Assembly: GCF_009914755.1 (NCBI RefSeq)
Contig: NC_060927.1
Source: the human T2T-CHM13v2.0 reference genome, Homo sapiens
DNA: 64,000 bases
Strand: one strand, 5' to 3'
Shown here: piece by piece, positions 28,062 through 40,176 of the stretch
How the letters are laid out: each line of letters opens with the position of its first letter
How positions within the stretch are numbered: position 1 is the first letter of the stretch
The notes under the pieces: model-generated
What the model was told of the DNA's origin: nothing
What the model saw: only the letters and a program-made list of their open reading frames with translations
The model's database searches: none
Made by a program: the position numbers and the translations under genes

Positions 28062-31000
28062 GGATTCACATGCCACAGTTTGCTACTCACCGGTTGAAAG
28101 ATGTTTGTTTCCAGTTTTGGTGATTATGAATAAAGCTGTGAACATTATGTGAACATAAGTTTTCCTTTCTATTGGGTAAATAATTGGGACTGGTAATGCT
28201 GGGTAATATGGTAGTTATTTGTTTAAACTTCTAAGAAACAGCTAAATTATTTTCCAAAGAAGTTGTAACATTTTTCATTCCTACCAGTAACCTGGGCTTA
28301 TTGTTAACACTTGGTACTATCAGCTTTAAAAATTTTATTCATTCTGATAGGTATGTAATGGTATTCATTGTAGTTTTAATTTTGCATTTTCCTAATGACT
28401 AGTGAAGTTGAGCATCTTTTAATGAGTATAAAGATAATCCACTAAAGACACTTATTTGGTGAAATCTCTGCTTAAATCTTCTACATATAAAAATCGGATT
28501 GTTTTATTATTGTATTTTGAGGGGTCTAAAAATATTCTAGATACAAGACATTTATAAACAATATGTTTTGCAAGCATTTTCTCCAGGTCTGTGACTTGCC
28601 TTTTTATTTTATTCACAGTGTTTTGTGAAGAGCCAAAGTTTTGACAAAGTCAAATTTATCAAATTTTACTATCACACTGGTCTTTAAAAATAAAAAATTA
28701 TTATTTTTTATTTTTGATACCCCAGTTTCTTCACCTCTCTGATGAGATACAGATGAGATACTGATGTACAGGTCTACACTGTTCCCCAGGGACCCCCAGC
28801 AGGGTCATACTTTTTGTGTTGTATTTAAGAAATCTTTTTCTAATTCAAGGTCACAAAGATATTTTCTTGTAGAAATTTTAAATTCTAGGTTTTACTTTTA
28901 CAGTATTATCCATTTTAAGTTAATTTTTTGTAATGGTGTGACGTATGAATTGAGGTTCAATTTTTTTGTATATGGTTTGCATATGGCTCAATTTTTTTGT
29001 AATTATTTCAACATCATTTGTTGAAAAGTTTCTCCACTGAATTACCTTTGCAATTTGGCCAAAAATCAGTTGATCATATATTTATGGGTTTATTTCTAGA
29101 CTTTCTATTTTTTCTATTAATTTATATATCTTTCCTTTCACCAAAGCCATACTTTATTACTGTAGCTTAGTAGTAAGTATTGAAATCAGTTAGTGTGAAT
29201 TCTCCAACATTGTTCTTCATTTAAAAAAATTGTTCTGGTAAAAAATTATTCGAGTTTTTTTACTTTTCCATATAAATTTTCATTGTGTCAGATTCTACAA
29301 TATATTATGGTAGGATTTTGAAAGGAGCTGTGTTGACCTTATAAATCAATTTGGGGAAAACTATAACAATACTGAGTCTGATAATTCATGAACATGGTAT
29401 ATCTCTCTATTTATTTAGGTCTTTTTTTGTTTTGTAGTTTCTAGTACATAGATCTTGCACATATTTTGTTTGGTTTGTACCTAAGATTTTATGCTTTTTG
29501 GTGATATCAAAAATAGCATTCTTTTTCAATTTTGATTTCTAATTGTTCATTGCTAGTATACAAAAATATAAGTGAATTTTGTATATTGATCATGTATCCT
29601 GTGATTTTGCTAAACTTACCTATTCTAGATTTTTTGTGGTAGACTCTAGGGTTTTCTATACTGCAAATTATGTTGTCTTTGAATAGAGACGGTTTGATAT
29701 TTTTCTTTTCAATCTGTATGCCTATTTTTTGTATATGTTTCGAACTGCTATTTTGTTCAAAACATTTAATTTTTAGAGAAATATTTTAACAAGATTAAAT
29801 TCTTGCCAAATTGGCTCTCTGGCTTATTACAAGGGATTACAGCCTGAAGGCCCAAGCCTAATAACACAAGATGCTTAGGTTAGGTTGTTAGTTTATTCCT
29901 GTGCTTTCTTTATATCCTTATTTCAAGATATGGCTCAACTTTCCTCATGGCCTATTGACTGATGTACTGTATCATCAAAATAGAAAATTGGCACGAGCAT
30001 TCTTTGGATGTAAAAAATCACAGAGGTCCTAAATACTATTAGAATTACTATGGTGGTAATTGTTCAAAATTGCCTAATGTCATCTTAATGGTTATGAGAG
30101 ATGGTTACCAAAGCTCTAGGGATTGGATTTACAAGGTGGATTCAATTTCAGTTCACATTTGGGGACAATCTCAGTCTTGGAGGGAGTTAACATCTTGAAG
30201 AACAGTCATGTGGTAGTTGTCCATGTGTGGACCAAAGACTATGGCACTTTCTTCTCAAACCCTACATGGCCCTGAATTATCTGTTTCCTCTATTCAGCTA
30301 TGTGGGCAGTCTTTATAATTTAACCTTTCAAAGCTGTGCTACAATACGATGACTAGAGCATTTTATATAGGACATGACTTTTGTGTACTAGTGACCTGTT
30401 ATTTTCCTGTTTTGGGTTTGTCAGGGTGATTGATGTGGGGTATTTTGTGGAAGCAGAGTCTAAAGAGTCATCATTATTGGCAGTGATAAGGGGTCCTGGC
30501 ATAGCCCTCTGACTTAAGAGCCTTCACACTTCTTGCTGAGCAGATGGTCGCCCTTTCTGTGAGCTCCCTTGATACTTCCACTGCTATAATTTGGACATCT
30601 TTGCTGATCATCACTTACTTGTCCATCTTCCTTGCTGGATGGAGTGTGCATAAGTCAGGGTCAGAGAATCTTACACTCATCCCCCCAGGGCCTCACTCAG
30701 GGCCTGGCTGATGATGTTGACTGAATGAGCCCTATAAATACACTTGCAGTCAGTCTGGCACAGTGAGAAGGGTAAGGGCTCTGGCATCATTCCAACAATT
30801 GGAAATTAAAATGGAAAAAAAAAGGCATGAATTGAAAAGGTTTGAATCTGAGCTCTGCTGCCTGTGGATTTCCTGTGTCTTAAGTACTTATTCTAAGTCA
30901 CATTTTTCCCATCTGTAAAATGAGGGTATTATCTATTTCATTAGTTCATCATATTATAGGACTAGGTAAGTGGATATTATTGGAACAATTATTTAATGAA

Positions 31001-32322
31001 TACATTGTGTCACTTAACCCTATCTACTAGCATATTATCTCCAACTCAATTGCCTTCCCTGGTTGATTGGGAGTTCAGGGCTGTTGCTATATAAACTGGT
31101 CATCCCCATTACCATCAATGTGGCTGCTATTGCTAGTAAAATGCCAATTAGAAAATTAGATGCTCATATTACCTAGGATGCCACAGTGGCTGATTGCAGA
31201 GATACTTGCTGAGGGTGATGCCTGCGATCTGTGGGCTTCCGTGCTAGTCTCAGCACCTGGGTTTTATATTCAGCAGTATCTATGGGGAGTTCGAAAACAT
31301 GCAGGCTGCCACATGTCTGGAGGTCATACAGGCAATCCAGAAAGTGTAAAGAGATTCCTTCCTCAAATTTCAAGGGATGTGTTCCAACCTTTCAGGCTAC
31401 AATTCACTCTACAAGTTTTAATAACATATTTCTGCATTTATTTTTTTCTGGTATCCTCAATCCAGTTTGAAGGGTATCAGCTTTGCTAGCGTGATACATC
31501 ATTTGGGATTTTAAAAATGGTATTGCTAATATCTGAGTATAAATTTTATTTCTAATATTAAAAACTTTCCAAATTACACAAAAGCTGTGATCCTCATAAG
31601 TTTTGTCTCTAGAATAAAATTATGTGACATTCCTAATGCATGCATTTTGTTTTTTGTGTATTTGTTTTTTAAACTAAGAACTTTGATGATGCACTGAAAC
31701 TATTTGACATAGCCTCATTTCAAAGGCAGTCACATAGAGTTCTGCTATCTAAATAAATTAAAGCTGATATCACACAACATTTCAGTTGGGTAAGCTTGCA
31801 GGCAATGCTTGTCTGGGCCACATATTTATAATGTCTAATGTCTTTATTGGATGTTGTTTATCTCCTTCTTGAACACGATTTGTTCCCCCATCAAAGTGGA
31901 AACATGTCAGTATGTTCACAATTTTATAAGTGCATATACTCTATGTGTATATGTATGTACATTCACATCTTTACGTCTATAAGTAGTAAAATATTTTTTC
32001 CAGGAGTGGGTGTACTTTAATTTCCTTTGTGTTTTTCTATGTTTCAAAATTATCTACAATGATTAACCAGAAAAGCAATAATTATCATACATAAAATAGA
32101 ACTCTTAAAGAATATCTTTCCTAGGCTCGGGCCAAGAAAAAAATATCATATTATTTTTGGCCAGAGACTACCAGAATTAAGAAATTAAAGAGAAGGATTT
32201 TGCAGAATAACCTCAAAGGTAGTCTCAAAATCCACAATTATACTAACTGAACACAGAGAAAGAGAGAGAGTATACATCACCTACCTATGTCATGTGTTTT
32301 TCTTTTTCTCTTTGTAAACCAG

Positions 32323-32362
32323 ATTGAAAAGGAAGATCAGGCCAACCCCAAAGAAGAAGTGA
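32323..32362 (+). CDS. MOBP: MOBP distal last exon, coding part (81-aa isoform, MOBP81)
   Basis: Long pyrimidine tract plus ccAG at 32321-22. AG|A gives R-LKRKIRPTPKKK, then TGA at 32360-62; 81 aa in total, matching the known MOBP81 C-terminus. Confidence 0.95.
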
Positions 32363-33898
32363 CCAAGGAGGAGTTTAAACTGAATGAACAACCTCGGCTC
32401 CTGGACTCATTGCTTCACAACCCATCTACCCCTGGATGAAGTTATCTGGCTTCAAATATTATGCAGGGGCAAACACCTGCTGATGTGGCAACTGCTGATG
32501 CTCATGGTCCCCATGGCATGGGGGCCTCAGGGCAGCCTGCCTGGAGGTGAGCAGGGCTATCTCTGTGTGTTGTACTCCAGTCAGGGGGTTCCAGCAGCAC
32601 CCGCAGGCTCTAGAGCTCAATGCACAGTTCTTTTTGTTTCACCTGCAGTCCTTTCTTCTCCAGGATATGCACAGGCCTCCAGGGTCTTTCATGGCTCAGG
32701 GTCAGGGTGGCTCAAGTGCCAACCCACATGTTGTCCTCCAAATATTCCCTTCTATCCCTGGCATGCTGTTGCTGAGCTCAACTTTTAATTTTTGACTTTC
32801 TCCTTTGTAATTAATCTCTATCTGGGTTTCTCTCTTTCTCTGTGCCATTTGGTTTCCTTAATTAGTTCCCTGTGCCAGCCCATAGTCAGAGCCATAATTG
32901 GCTCTGGGGAAGATCCAAGTTATTTTCTGAGTAAGATATTAGGCTTCCATATGATCCAGAGATGCAAAGAAATCCCTAGAGAGTGTAGGAGTTGTCTAAA
33001 TCCATGTGTCAGATGTAGCCAACGAATTATGTCAGAAGCAGAGAGAAAAGGCCTGAAAAGCAGCTCTCTCCCACTCCTCAGGCCCTTGTCTCCAACCTTA
33101 CATGAGGCTTTTTGAACATCTCCTCCTGGCCCAGCTGGGGTGAGAGCAAGTCCTCGAAGGCACTGCCTTTGAGCCTTGCTCAGCCCATCTGAACTATCCC
33201 AACTCTAGAATTGACTGCTTTCGAATTGTGTGACCTTGGGAATGTTATCTGGCTTCAACCACAATGCCCTACCCCCAGCTCCTCTCCCAAATGATCCTAG
33301 ATACAGGGCTGCTTCCCCCCGACCCTACCCCACCTCGGGACACAGGCTCATGGCCTCATGGCACTTCACCACCAGAAGTGGTGCTCAGAGTTCCTATTTC
33401 CACATCTAACCCCCTAATTCCTGGGAAAGTCTGAGGCCTGGTCCCCCCAGTGCTTTCCCTGGCTGGCCTCTCCACATTTTCATCTGATGGTGGAGTGAGA
33501 TCAGGAAAAATAGGACAGGAGCTTTGCCTTGGGGGAGAAGAGAGTTAAGTGTGGAAAGGGGTGAGTTATAGGAGGTTAAGCAGTCCAAGATTTCTCTCTC
33601 TGTGTAGGAGGCCATTTCCTGATGTGAGGGGTCTGAACCCAATTATGATGGGACAGGGTTGGGCATTGACTTCCCATCTCTTCTCTCTGTTTTTCTCCCA
33701 CTATCTGTAGCCCAAAACTCTTATGGAGGACTTTGATCTTTAGTATAGGCTATTGGTCAGGGCCATAGGAACTAACCCCGATCCTCACTCCACCAGGATC
33801 TACCACATCCCCTACACACAAACACATGCTGTGGGGAGGGAGTTTTCCCCTGGGTCAAGTTGAGGATCCTTAGATCACCTTGTGCTCCTGTGGACTGG

Positions 33899-33951
<53 letters not shown>

Positions 33952-34940
33952 TGGGAAACTTAGCTTTCAGAGAATGTCTATGGGCTCTCATTTTCTCTCT
34001 CACACAAAAATACTCGGGACTTCTCCAAGTCCCTGAGGAGCCTGACCACTGAAGCTGATCATGAGATGACTGTATGCTGACACACCCCCTTCAGGGGCCT
34101 GGCCTTGACTTAGGGCTGCACTGTATCCTCAGCAACGGCCTTGCAGGAGCCCCTTTTGGACTGCTTTCCCTATTCAGCCCAGAGTTGGGGTGGTGGGAGA
34201 AGAGGGGTTGGAGTGAATCCATCTCTATTCAAATTCCAGCTGGGATTACTCTAGGAGTCTTCCTGGCTTGTTTTGGGCTCAAACTTAGCTACATTGTTTA
34301 TTGGCTCCCAAAGTCGGGATTGAAGAGTGAAAAGATGCAGGCAATGAATCCTTCTGCACACTCCTCCCCAACCTTTCCAGCGCTTTTCTACTTAGGAGGC
34401 CAGTGGAAGGGAGGAGAGGCCATGCCCTAGCCCACAGGGGACAAGGTTCATTGTTCTTCCAGGCTTGGTTCACTCTGCTTTTGATTCAGAAGCTCTTTCC
34501 CTACCCAGCAAGACTACACTTTCTTGCCTTCTTTCTATTTTTTCTTTTTGTGCGTATAAATGGTATGTTGTGATATATTCTCAGTGCTTGTGCCCACCTT
34601 GGAACTCTGTTCTTGCTCTTCATTCCGCATGTGATACTCTGGTCCAAGATCTTGGCCAGGTGCCTTCTGCTCAAATATCGTCTCAGAGGTGCTTCCCTTG
34701 AAAACTCGGTGCTGTTTCCATAGTTACTCTATTTGATCACTCTAAGTTTGGTTGTCTTCATAGCACTTGTCACCCTCTGGAACTATTCTATTCATTTATT
34801 TACTTGTTTAATGCTTGGCTCTTTTCCCCTCCTAACGTAAACTCCATGATTGCCAACACCTGTTTACTTACTACAGTTCCCCCTCCCCCCACATTCCTGA
34901 CACTAGTAAGAACCAATAAACACTTGTTGACGGAATGAAT
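32363..34940 (+). other. MOBP: Long 3'UTR of MOBP81-type mRNA
   Basis: Follows the TGA; largely repeat-poor; ends at AATAAA 34915-20 followed by a GT/T-rich downstream element. Confidence 0.75.
33898..33947 (+). repeat. (GT)n microsatellite in the MOBP 3'UTR
   Basis: Pure (GT)21 at 33906-33947. Confidence 0.97.
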
Positions 34941-34942
34941 GT
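34620..34942 (+). mobile_element. L2 3' end
   Basis: ttcatagcacttgtcac...tatttacttgttt...taaactccatga...aataaacacttgttgacggaatgaatg. Confidence 0.7.
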
Positions 34943-34960
34943 TTGTTTGTTGTTTTTTAT
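34915..34960 (+). terminator. Poly(A) signal of the distal MOBP 3'UTR
   Basis: AATAAA at 34915-34920, then tgtttgtttgttgtttttt. Confidence 0.75.
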
Positions 34961-36764
34961 AGGAATATTTTTTCAAAAGTTCAGATATTTTTAAGAAGTC
35001 AAAGGTGTCTGTTGTTTTTAGCAACAAGGAACTGTTGGCGACCGTGTAGGATACTCTCTGTGTGAAGTAAATGGGAGGCGAGGAACAGAAATTTGCAATT
35101 GTAGATGCAATTTTCTCCACTAGGCTTGACCACGAAGGAAGGCAGAGGAGTAGGGCAAGGGCTGGAGTGTTGCACTTACTGAGGAGGCACCTGAGCATGT
35201 GAAAGTGCTGCGGGGAGGGCGGTGGCACAGTGGGTGTGTGAAGAAGGAGGAGTGGATCACTGATGGAGCCAGCAGCTGAGGAGTTGAGGGGGCCAAATCA
35301 GGCTCAGATGAGAGGATCAGGCATGGAGCAGGGGTGCCTTTTCACTGGAAAAGAGGGAAGGAGAAAAGGAGAGTATAGATTCTGGTGGATTTGCAGACTT
35401 AGTAGCAGGACCTTGAGGCATTTTCTGCCTGTGGTTTTGATTTCCTCTGTAAAGTAGGAGATGAGGTGGCCTGTTCACAATGTGGGTGATGGTGTTGGGG
35501 TCAGAGGCATGAGGATGGGAGAGAGAGTTATAAAGAAATCATTTCAACTCACATCTTTGAAATGACCTATATAATTCTTTCTCCAGATGAATTTATATTT
35601 TTATTCATTTATTTAAAATTCAAGATAACATTTTGCCACTACAGTTTTGCCTACAACTTCATATTTAGATCTAAATCCCAGATCTAAACTTGAGGCTCAT
35701 ATGGTTTCAGGTGGAAGGAATAAGAGTTGGAGAAAGAAATGCAGAGTCTAATTTTCCCAGCAAATAAAGATTCATGAGGAAATTTTGATGAAGGGAAGCT
35801 GTAAAAATTCCAACAGATTACAGGGAGATGGACCTGTACTCTGAGACAGTAATTTGCTCCCTGTCCATCTAGGCTGCTGTGCTTACACCAGAGAACGTGG
35901 AAACTCAGGGCTGGAGGGGCCCTGGGAGGGCTTCCTGCCTGACTCCATCACACATGTCTCTGTCCAGCTAATAACACCATTACCAGGTACTTAGTATCTC
36001 TGCTTGAATAAAAGGAAGTGTCCTTAGTGGGCAAAGATGATACTGTTGACCCAAGGGTCAGGTGTGCAGTTGTTACTTGGAGAGAATTTGCATACTCACT
36101 CTTTCTATTGTAGTAGAGGTATACACTTGCAGGGATGGTTGGGTAAGGGGAGTGATAAAATAACTTCTTCTTGTTGAGCATCAACTATGCATTCACCTTA
36201 CATCACAGGATGCTTTGTGTTTGTAAATGGGAAATGAGAGAGGTTGTCATGACCCCCATGGCCACTGAAACCATGACCTTTACCTTACTACCATGATGCG
36301 GCAGCCTAGAATTTTCTAAACAGAGATTGGTTTAGAGTACCCTGGGGTACTTGGAGATCCCACTGTATGAGATAAGAGGAAGGTAGAGCCAGCAGGACTC
36401 CAGGCCACACCTTCACATCAACAAAAGTAATGTTTAGTGTCTATGTTGACTTCTGACTTCATATAGATAAAGGATTCCACTGGAACAAAAAGAGTCTGAC
36501 TACATTTTCACGAATGCAACAAATATTGATAGAATCCTTGTGTTAGTGGTTTTCTAAATGGTTTACTGAATTAAAGAGTGTACTATTTGATATCATAAGT
36601 TTGAGTTTAATTGACTGGTATTTCAGTGACTACTCATTTCCTCTTAGGCAACAGTTTACTACCATCAAGTTCAGTGCTTTGACTTTGATCAACTGACTGG
36701 GTTTATCCAAAGTACAGGTGAGCAGAAGAACACAGATGAGGAAACAGTCCTGATAATTATTCCT

Positions 36765-38710
36765 ATATTTTTAGTTTTAAACAAATTTATGTAAAAGTAT
36801 TATATTTTACATGGCACTAAAATCAATTTCTGTTGCATAAGGTACATTGACATATAAACGACATTGGTAAACATAAAATAGGTTTGAGGAGAGGGGAGAA
36901 AACAGGAAGCTACAGCTTAAGTAGTGGCCTTACTTCATAGCAAATCAGTTATCTATCATAATTTGATCATTTGGCTCAAAAAGATCTCTTAATAAAATTA
37001 AGTTCTAAAAAAGTATTAAATCTAATTACCAACATTCATATTGGATTTCGAAGCATATGCACTCTCTTAAGAGTCAATTCACAACTTCAGGCTGGGGATC
37101 TGTGGGACCCAGTAGTGGTATCTGGAGAGGCTGGTGGGCTCCTCCCTAGAACCCAAAAGGTGCAAGGATTTTGTAGAGGGAAAGGTAAATAATGCCAAGT
37201 TACTGGGGTCTAGAAAGAAAGTTTTCTCTTGGATCAAGAGAGTGTGAGTTTCCTAAGTTTCTTCAGCAGGGATGTTGGTCCTTTAGTTAGGAGGTTTAAA
37301 ATCACCAGGAAGTAAGGGTGAGGAAGAAAGTCTGGGTCCATGTTTGAGAAGGTGACTGATGGTGGTGGAAGTCCTTCCTGTGATGAGTTAATGATGCGTA
37401 TTTCTGATAAAGATGGGAAGTTATTTACATCGACATTAACCAAATCTACCCTTCATGCAGAAAGAAAGAGCTCTTGGGCCATTCTCTATTAATGAAACCA
37501 TACCAGGGTCAATATTACAGTGTCTCTGAAATACACTGAAAATACTTCCCTGGCTCAGGTGGTGGCCCATGCTACCTCCAGGCAGTTCTACTTGATTAAT
37601 GATGCAATGGAGATAATCCTATTGCATCCACCATCAAGGAGAGTTGGGCAGTCATTCAGAGAAAGTGGGACTCAATAGACATTCTGACTATTAATTCAAT
37701 CATGTTTACATGCAGATCAAAGGGTAAAGTTTTTCTTTACACCTTATATATCCTTCTCTTCCAAGGTGGAAGTCCATTCACAACCAATTCACTGCTAGGC
37801 AGACCTCTTTCCTAACAAGTACAGATGGATGGCATAGTGGGGATTAGAACACCTCAGCACTCACAGGGGCATCCTATGGGAGCCAGGCTGGCTTCTAGGA
37901 CCTCTTATGGATGGAAGTTATTTAGTGGATCTTCCTGGATTTGATTTTATTTCTTTGATCTCTTAAGTACATCAATCTTTGGGTTTGCTACCTGTAATTT
38001 TTGTCTTAGGAAGGCAGCATCTCTATTCTCTCCAGGAAGAAATCTTGATGCAGGAAGAAGAAAAAGCCTGGTATCCTGCCCTGTTTTTGTTCTCATGGAG
38101 ATTCAACAGATTTTTACGTAATCTCTTTTTACTATAATTCACCCTGCGTTTCTTGAATTCTTTGTGAACATCCCTTTCTCCTGTAGCTGACAGCTTCTGT
38201 TCTTTCTCTTGGGGCTTATGAGCTTTCTGAGTCAGATCTTTTAGCAAAGCCTTAGTTTTCTGCTCATGGAGATCATTAAGGATCTCTACTACCAGCTGCC
38301 AGATTTTGCATTTATTTTCAACTAGAGCTTTGGTGGCTGGCAGCAGTTAAAAAATCATTTTCCAAGTTTAAAATTTTTTTCTTCCAGCTGATGCCTTGCT
38401 GACACTTCATTATTTGGCTTAGACTATAAATGGCATCTTTTTTTTTTTTTTTTTTCCAATTCTTGTTAATGTGGGTTTTGGCATTGTCTGATGACCCTAA
38501 CTTTTCATCTTTTTACCATGGTAATCTGCCAGTTGACTCTTTATTTTCAAATCATCTAGTTCATTTCCTTTTCTATGCGTTTTCTCCTCTGACTCAAAGA
38601 TCAAGTGCTTTCAGCTGTCTAGTATATTTATTCATTACTACAACTGCATTATTTTCCTAAACCGCAGCTTCTTTCTGAGACTTGAGATCTTATCTGATTT
38701 GCTCACTGCC
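36765..38710 (-). pseudogene. Highly degraded processed pseudogene of the MIA3/TANGO1 C-terminal half (coiled-coil and proline-rich domain)
   Basis: Minus strand 38346-38167 reads LLPATKALVENKCKIWQLVVEILNDLHEQKTKALLKDLTQKAHKPQEKEQKLSATGERDV versus TANGO1 (from memory) [60 protein letters not shown], about 28/60 ungapped. Further colinear blocks: SEQIR*DLKSQKE, RDAAFLRQKL, RGPRSQPGS, RGLPSSE, GSREEP. No introns; many stops and frameshifts. Confidence 0.8.
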
Positions 38711-39469
38711 TCAGTAGGTAGGGGCTGGGGCAGGAGCAGTTAGGGGCAGAAAGAGACCACAGCCTTCTATTTACTGCAGCCTCCCCATGCCCCTCCAAAC
38801 AATCTGTACTGCCACCTCTTTCTCTTCTTCTAACTCCTATCTTCCATCTCTTTCTTCACCTCAATGCGTACATCTCTGATCATGACATCTGTTTTTTTTT
38901 TTTTTTTTACAACTTAAATTTAAACCAAGAAGATCTTGGTTTATAGATTTGTAGCAGAGCTACTTAACAACCTTTCCATATTCTTATTGCTCTGGACTTT
39001 ATACCCTCTTCACTGCTTTCTCTCTCCAGATCTTGTCCCTGGCTGCTAACTCTGATTTTTCCCAAACCAGCTCTGCTCTGACTTATGCAGTTTCCCACCA
39101 TCAAGCCACCAGCAATGACCCCTGATAAGTGTGCTGACCCATAGCCAAGTGCATTCTGTCTCCAAGTCTCTCTAATTCCCAAATGGCCTGATGACACAGT
39201 TACATTAGATTATGTTGGATAAGTTCTATCACTGCTGAATCTGCTTCCTTAACTTGTGTTCACCTACAATTTTAACTTACTATTGCTTGCATTGTTTTTA
39301 AGTCTTCAAAAGTCCTCAGTCTACTTGAACACAGCTTCTCTTGTGACACTTTTCCTCTTCTGGTCTAAGTTTCTTTTTGGTGAGCTCTTGGGGTCCTAAT
39401 AAGAGAATTTCTGCAGTCCAGAGAAGGAGGAGGGAGCATCTGGTACCAAAGTACCAAATGTGTTCATGA

Positions 39470-39548
39470 GTGTGTGTGTGTGTATGTGTGTGTGTGTGTA
39501 TGAGAGAGAGAGAGAGAGAGACAGAGAGAGAGAGAAGAGAGAGACAGA
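39470..39548. repeat. (TG)n(AG)n microsatellite
   Basis: Direct inspection. Confidence 0.9.
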
Positions 39549-39874
39549 GGAAAAGAGATTGGTCTTCCCTTTTTACTTTTTGTAGCTTTCTTCTTTCTAC
39601 CGCTTCTTGTGTTTTGGGAAAGGTGGGTTTCCTCCCTTCAATTCCGTATGTCTCCTTGCTCAAAAATCATGCTGACAGGAGGTCATGGCTCCTGATACAG
39701 TAAACCTCAGGATGGTCTTTGCCCATGCAAGAGGTTTGGCTGGCAATTCACGTTAATTTCTTCTCCCTTCTGACTTGAAAAACTCAAGTTGTCTGTGAAA
39801 ATGAAAAAACTTTAGTGTACATATCTCACCCAACAAGGCTTTATAAAGCTGCTTCTTAAGGCAGCTCTATATTC

Positions 39875-40176
39875 TTTTTTTTTTTTCTTTTTGACAGAGT
39901 CTTGCTCTGTTACTCAGGCTGGAGTGCAGTGGCACAATCTCGGCTCACTGCAACAACCTCTGCCTCCCAGGCTCAAGCAATTCTCATGCCTCAGCTCCCG
40001 AGGAGCTGGGATTATGGGTGTGTGCCACCACACCCAGCGAATTTTTTGTATTTTTAGTAGAGACAGGGATTCACCATGTTAGCCAGGTTCGCCTTGAACT
40101 CCTGGCCTCAAGTTAATCCTCCCGCCTCAGCCTCCCAAAGTGCTGGGATTATAGGTGTGAGCCACAATGCCTGGCC
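39875..40176 (-). mobile_element. Alu (S/J)
   Basis: Full dimer; TSD agct(c/g)tatattct. Confidence 0.9.
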
